DNA of 64,000 nt from Eledone cirrhosa (taxonomy: Eukaryota). Made by a program: the position numbers and the translations under genes. The stretch covers positions 87,234,001 through 87,298,000 of the forward strand of contig OZ024747.1 in the NCBI GenBank assembly GCA_964016885.1, written 5' to 3'. Positions 57,427 through 64,000 of the stretch are shown here, in pieces. The notes beneath the pieces were generated by a model. The model searched no databases. It was given only the letters and a program-made list of their open reading frames with translations, and was not told the origin of the DNA. Position 1 is the stretch's first letter. Each line of letters starts with the position of its first letter.

Positions 57427-60400
57427 TGCACATACACACACACCAGAAATGACTGATCCTACCCATACTACATCTCCTGAGGTAACGAAACTAAGGAAGT
57501 GGCGGTATTTCATTGGTGCAAATTTGTGTGACGCCTCAATAGTTGCAGCAATAAGCCAGATGTCTGTATAGTTCCATGAATTCAGTGTCCTGGCCTGTAT
57601 TGGCTGTAGAGATAAAATGACTGATTAGTAGATTGCAAAAGAGACATCTGTACAGCATGGATTATAATGACAAACGTGTGTACTACACGAGTACCGCTCT
57701 CTAAGTCTCAGTGATTATTATCTGATGACAAGTTTAACCAAGATGACCAGTTATCGCGTAAATCACAGGTTTCACTTCAGAGTTACCTATTCTTAGAAGA
57801 ATGCCGAAACAATTGGTCTGAAGGTGCCTGTTCCAAACATCTCCACCACGGGAAAGCCAGGAGTTGGGCCTCCGTTGTCAGGCGCAAGCCATTTGGAACA
57901 TTTTAGTTGAGAGTAGATTCTCAGGCCTGTTTCCACCCAGACAATGATAACCTTAAGACATACATACATACATATACATGTGAGTGTGTTTGTGTGTAGG
58001 CCTGATAAAGGAATAAGATGGAAAGAAAGAAAAAGTAAGAGAAAGGAAATTAAAACAATCAAATAGAAAAAAATATGAAAGATAGAACAAGTGAAAATAA
58101 GAGAAAGAAATAATATATGTGAAGATATTTCTTATATCAATCATTTCCTAACACTTACTGTATGCAATCAAGATAGCCATTTTATTGGGTTTATGGCATA
58201 ACAAAAGTGAAGTTTTCCATATTGTCTCAATAACCTGTGGTAGCTTCTAATGGAATCCTTATTGTTCCTATCTCTCTCCACGAACTTCTATTATTTATTT
58301 ATTTATTATTTATTTATTTATTTATTTACAGGTGGTTAATTGGCAGAGCAGTTAGGATGTCGGATTAAATGCTTCCTTGGTTATTTCAGCTCTCTCGCCG
58401 AGATCGACTTTGCCTTTCCTCTTTTCGGAGTCGATAAATAAAATAAAAGCTAGTCCCTTGTCAGTGGGTTGGTGGAAACGTTTAAACATCGGACGAGATT
58501 ACGCTGTAGTGCATGGTAAGAAGGATTTTGAAGTTTAGGCAGAAAAGTCTCTGTGTGTGGTGCAAGTTAATGCGCCAAACAGCGAGCCCGAATACAGATC
58601 CTTCCTTGATGAAGTCCCTGCAAAATTTCTGTTTCTCCTAATCTTTTATTTGTTGTCTGACAAACCAGTGGTCTCCAACCAGACTTCATACGGACTTAAA
58701 GGGTGCATTAAAATATTTTTGAAATTCATGAAAAAGGGAGGTTCACGTAGGGTTTGTCAGCAATGTTTGGCAGTTCTTCATGATATTCTTCATTACAGCC
58801 TCTTTATGGTATTTTTATATGGTATTCTATATTGTATATTTATGACTTGGCATAGTTTTTATGGCTGTAGCCATGCCAGGTCATCACTATTTAAAAGACA
58901 ACAAAAAATATGCACATATATATTGCTTCTATTATCAAGTTTATTGATTCCTTATAAATATTTCGGAAATATTTAAGGTTCGTATCGTAATATATCAGGC
59001 TGAAGAATTATTTGTTATCTCGGGGTAGTAATTTGGGCTCGTATCATGAAAAACGGCTGGAGACCACATGGATTGACCCATTCATCTGTGGGCAAAACAT
59101 ACATTTGACGTATTTATAAGTAGAAAATTATAAAGACATCACTTCGATAATGTAACATTTATATCTAGCTAGTCATATGTGATGTGGCCTACAAAATAAC
59201 TCACCTTCACATAATATGTTGATACCGGATCTGTTCAAAACTATTGTAGGTTATTGAATTCATGCCAGCACGCTATACTATACTTAATTTTGGGACATCT
59301 GACTCCCTTTCATACGATCATATGCCAGTAGTATCAGCACAGATTGTTTGAAAAGCTGATAAGATGACACAGAATATTTTTTCGGTGGATTAACTTTATG
59401 AGTTTCAATACGGTCGCAGTTTTTTTGATTTTTATGTTTTATTTGTCTTACATTCGTGAACAATAACGTCTTAGGTTATAGGTTACCATCAGGCCAAGCA
59501 TTGGCTCACTGTGTTTCTGATGGCAAGAGAGGCGAGAGTGGAAAGGATTAGTTATGCACTTGTCCTTTGAAAGCAGCCTTTTATTATATTCACTAATAGG
59601 CTGTAACTAATCGACAACAGCAACCAGAAGAAACAAATAAAGGCCGATTTAAGATGATCAGTGCAAGACTTGAACACCAGACCTTTAGAATCGAAACGTA
59701 GTGGCTTAAGGCACACAGCTTGCCACATTAGCACAACGGCCCATCATCTATTAGTATTTGTGGAACATAACTAAAACGTGTTCGTTCCAACGTCATCTGC
59801 TGTTCTGACATATCTCAAACTGTTATTTCCCGAGAAATATTTGCGAAAATACTTTTAGGAGATATCTATTTTTTTTTTTTTTCTTATCCGAGGAAACCAA
59901 AATGAAAAAAAAAGAAAAATGAATGGCATCAGCGAAAGACAAGCTTTTCAACACGTAATCAAAGAAATAACTAATTTAAAGCTGACCTAGAATATAGTGT
60001 GAAGGGATATGGTCGGATAATTGTAAACACGTATTAGTAGAAAGCTATATCTGAAAAATTGCAAAGCGCTCGATCTTAGGCAGACACACAAGAACGCTAT
60101 TATCATTTTTTTGTTATTTTTCCTTTTTAAATCATGATTATTAAAATATCTCGTGTAAGAACAGCTGACTGATTGATGAATAATGAAACATTCTTTATTG
60201 AAGTAAAACAATTAAGCATTTACAAAAAGAAAAAGGAAGGAATAAGCCGATTCTCACATTAAGAATTAAAATAATTATTTAATCAAATCTATTTATCAAA
60301 TTATAAATGCGAGTAAAGAATAGACAACTCCCTTATGGTAGAGTTAAATAGGCGGGTGCTGGCTGCTTTTTCTAGCAAATGTGGTACTCGCCGAACGTCC

Positions 60401-60618
60401 GGCCTTTGCATCCCTTCTGTGACTTATACCACTTGTAACGGCCAGATCAGGAAATAGTCCACAAAATGAAGGCTTCTGAAGAAGAATCGACAGCATCACA
60501 GCACTGGTACACTTTTCTTGTGTATCATTGCTGCAAACCAGTCGATGAAATTGCAGTCGGGACTTTGATGAAAAAATAGATAATTCTTTGTCTATTCTTT
60601 CCTCGCATTTATAATTTG

Positions 60619-60668
<50 letters not shown>

Positions 60669-60674
<6 letters not shown>

Positions 60675-60699
60675 ATATATACAAACCGAACACAATAAC

Positions 60700-60785
<86 letters not shown>

Positions 60786-60874
60786 TTATGCTCGGTTTGT
60801 ATATATTATTTTAATATAAACCGTTCTATCCGTAGTTAATATCTTTGTCACCCCGGCGGTTTTATATCCTTTGA

Positions 60875-60876
<2 letters not shown>
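60669..60876. repeat. ~30-bp inverted repeat flanking (TA)n, with a right-side extension
   Basis: AATATATACAAACCGAACACAATAACT versus AGTTATTATGCTCGGTTTGTATATATT. Confidence 0.65.
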
Positions 60877-60926
<50 letters not shown>

Positions 60927-61257
60927 TTCTCTCTTACTGTATTATATCGAGCTCCAAATTTCTTCCTTATAGTTTTTAACTCGACATTTTAATTTTATAT
61001 ATATATATATACATGTAGACGCTTAGTAAAACCGAAGCTTTGGCTGTGAGCAAGCCAAGTCGACCTACAATATGAATGAGTTAGCAAAGCACTCAATAAG
61101 GGTAGGTCCTTAGAGTAATAACATACCTTTAAATAGCTTGACAAATTGAACATTGTGGTAGGCAAAACCTAACACACAATACCAAAGTAACGAAAAAACT
61201 AACAGGTTAAAAAAGATACACCTGGACAAATTAAACGATATACGTTTAAAGTGTGTC

Positions 61258-61325
<68 letters not shown>

Positions 61326-61342
61326 AAGTGAGACATACATAC

Positions 61343-61390
<48 letters not shown>

Positions 61391-61921
61391 ACATGCATGT
61401 GTCAGTGAGTGACGAATAATATACAAGACCTACTGCTGACCTTCATATTAATAGAATCCCTCAGCAAAAAACAAAAAGATCTCATTAATGAAAATTCCTC
61501 AACAAAATAATCAGCACGTGCTAATTTTTTTGTGCCGCCCAGAAAATTCCATTCACCAAAAGTTGTCAACTAAATTCAGGTCAGTGAACTTTCAAAACAA
61601 CAGATCGACAAAAATATAACGCTCTTCTCCCATTATAGAAATCTTTAGAAAATTTAGATCTCTCTGACAAAGTTCTAGACCCTCTGTCTCCTTTTTCATT
61701 CGCGCCCACACAAGATCACTGATCATGTGCGTAACCAGTTTTTTCACCTCCAAATTTATTTTACAGCGTCATATTACTTCTCACCTGACCAGCACATTTT
61801 TAGAGGCTCCTGACCGAGGTAATCGAGCCATCTGTGACAAAAGGCTCCACAGCGCGATTTGCATGATGACCGGAAACAAGAAACTCCGAATTGTAACACA
61901 TGCAGCCGCAACTTTGAATAA

Positions 61922-62109
61922 ATAATTGTTTCTACTTTTGGCACAAGGCCAGCAATTATCCCAGTGCACTGCTGGTACTTTATTTTATCGACCCCTTAAG
62001 GATGACAGGCAAAGTTAACCTCGGCGGGATTTGAACTCAGAACGTAAAAGGTTGGAACTCTGTACTGCAAAGCATGGCGTCCGACCCTCCACCGATACTG
62101 CCAATCCAC
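61922..62109 (-). mobile_element. Meta-like SINE
   Basis: Family consensus match. Confidence 0.85.
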
Positions 62110-62141
62110 AACCTTTTTTTATACACACACACACACGCACT

Positions 62142-62262
<121 letters not shown>

Positions 62263-62449
62263 TTCAAGTGTGATGGAGATATGTAAATCTCATTGGCTCA
62301 ACTCCAAAGTATTATAGAAAGATTGATTTCGGATTAAAAAGAAAATTCAACGAGGCATTTACCTTCTCCAGTCATAGTTAATCAAATTCTCAGTTCTTAC
62401 AAGCTTATATACATACATACATACATACATACATACATACATACATACA

Positions 62450-62480
<31 letters not shown>

Positions 62481-62482
<2 letters not shown>

Positions 62483-62692
62483 GTGAGAAAAACCACAGAC
62501 CCTCCATCTCAACTCTACTTTTGAAAAGCAGAACTGCGAAACCGGTAAAGGAACCAAATAAATAAATATATATATTTTTTTAAAATAAGACTCCAGTTGC
62601 ATTTTCGGTTTCATCTCTCTTTCTTTATACTCTCACTCGCGTAGGACACCTCGGTTATTTTTCATTCTGTAAAAAAACCTCACTTTCTAATA
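62481..62692 (+). mobile_element. Penelope-type family D terminal repeat
   Basis: Matches 54437-54586 (reverse) and 48120-48260. Confidence 0.75.
62518..62550 (+). ncRNA. Minimal hammerhead-like motif with a U3:A8 core
   Basis: CTT-TTGAAAA-GCAG-AA-CTGC-GAAAC-CG-GTA-AAG, followed by AATAAA. Confidence 0.6.
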
Positions 62693-62703
62693 ATATATAT
62701 ATA

Positions 62704-62823
<120 letters not shown>

Positions 62824-63007
62824 AGAGTCTCGGATTCAGTCTTTTCTTTATATCATCTGTCTGTCACCCACTTCGTTTATTGTCTCTCTGCCGACCACTG
62901 GCCGCTGGTCTCTGTCCTCCAAGGAACTTTGGCCCATCATTCTCATTGACAGCTTTTGGCTGTTGTAACAGCTCTTCTAGCGATGAGTTTTCTCATTTTT
63001 CTATGAA

Positions 63008-63078
<71 letters not shown>

Positions 63079-64000
63079 AAAAATGGAGTGCTGCGTGGTT
63101 GCACATGGGTTACATATGAATAAAATTAGTCCTTCATCAGTGATCTTCCAACCTTCATTGGTATTTCATCGCTTTAAATATATATATATATGGCATACAA
63201 CCCAACACGAAACAGAACTCGTAACAGCACCGAGTGCTTCAAACGGCGCACTGCTTGTAACAGTTGTTACTCACTTAGCTAACACACACACAGACACACA
63301 CAGACACACACACACAAACATACACATATATTCCTTTATTAAAAGAGTAACACAAAAGTGAAGACTAGAAAGTCACAAAGAATATCATATACCAACCCAC
63401 TATTCTATCAGGATCCCACTAAATATTTTAATGAACTATTTTGGTTTGTATGAACCCTAGCTGGAGACCAGTGCTCTATACGACTAAATCTTTTAGTAGT
63501 CTATAGTATACAAACCTATTAAAAACGAGACAAAAGTGAATGTGACGGTGTCTGGTTTAAAATAACTACAATAAGTCTTTTACTGTGCAATTGTTTCAGT
63601 TTCCACACGCCCTCTCAAATGACGTCACAGGGCAACCGAGTTCAACATTGAAATTGTTATAATTAATAGTTAAGAGTTCAACCAGCCTACCACCCACTAC
63701 TATTATAGACAAGTTGTTCTTCAGGATTTGGAAAATGTGTTGTTGTTGATGCTTAACCCCAGATCAATCTTAGTCGAGTCGACCTATCTATATATGTAAA
63801 CTTGTAGTTCCTGTCTCTTTCTTTGTCTGTTTGTCTGTTTGTTTGTCACGAACTCCTCCTATGGTTTTGGAGATAGACCCCAAAACCATATATATTCTGA
63901 AACTAAATTGCCCAGGGTACTTGGATAAGTATATTTAATTTTAATCAAAGGGTTCCCCGGGGGCACAAACCCCCATTGAAAATATTTCCCCTTCGTTTTA

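Noticed and set aside
61786-61832. Minus-strand exon candidate (CAG acceptor, CAG|GTGAGA donor)
   Set aside because: It is isolated, with no partner exon or recognisable peptide.

Overview
AT-rich, microsatellite-dense eukaryotic DNA that looks intronic or intergenic. The repeat content (tRNA-derived Meta-like and CORE-like SINEs, (TA)n/(CA)n/(TACA)n tracts, Penelope, RTE, R4-like, CRE-like and mariner remnants) resembles an octopod cephalopod genome; this is an inference. There is no intact protein-coding gene. Almost all ORFs in the track are translations of simple repeats, and the only host-gene candidate is a weak two-exon 3' end at 31342-32486. The main signal is at least six unrelated families of Penelope-type terminal repeats, most sitting in (TA)n tracts and often arranged as inverted or foldback copies. 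Each family carries a type-I hammerhead-ribozyme-like motif, usually followed by AATAAA/ATTAAA and sometimes preceded by a TATA box. Variants include a U3:A8 compensated core, a ~60-nt extended stem II, and stem-I covariation between copies. Two homogeneous minisatellites (29 bp x46, 73 bp x5) arose inside retroelement coding motifs (a CCHC knuckle and a GIY-YIG domain). All structures and alignments were read by eye, and element boundaries are approximate.
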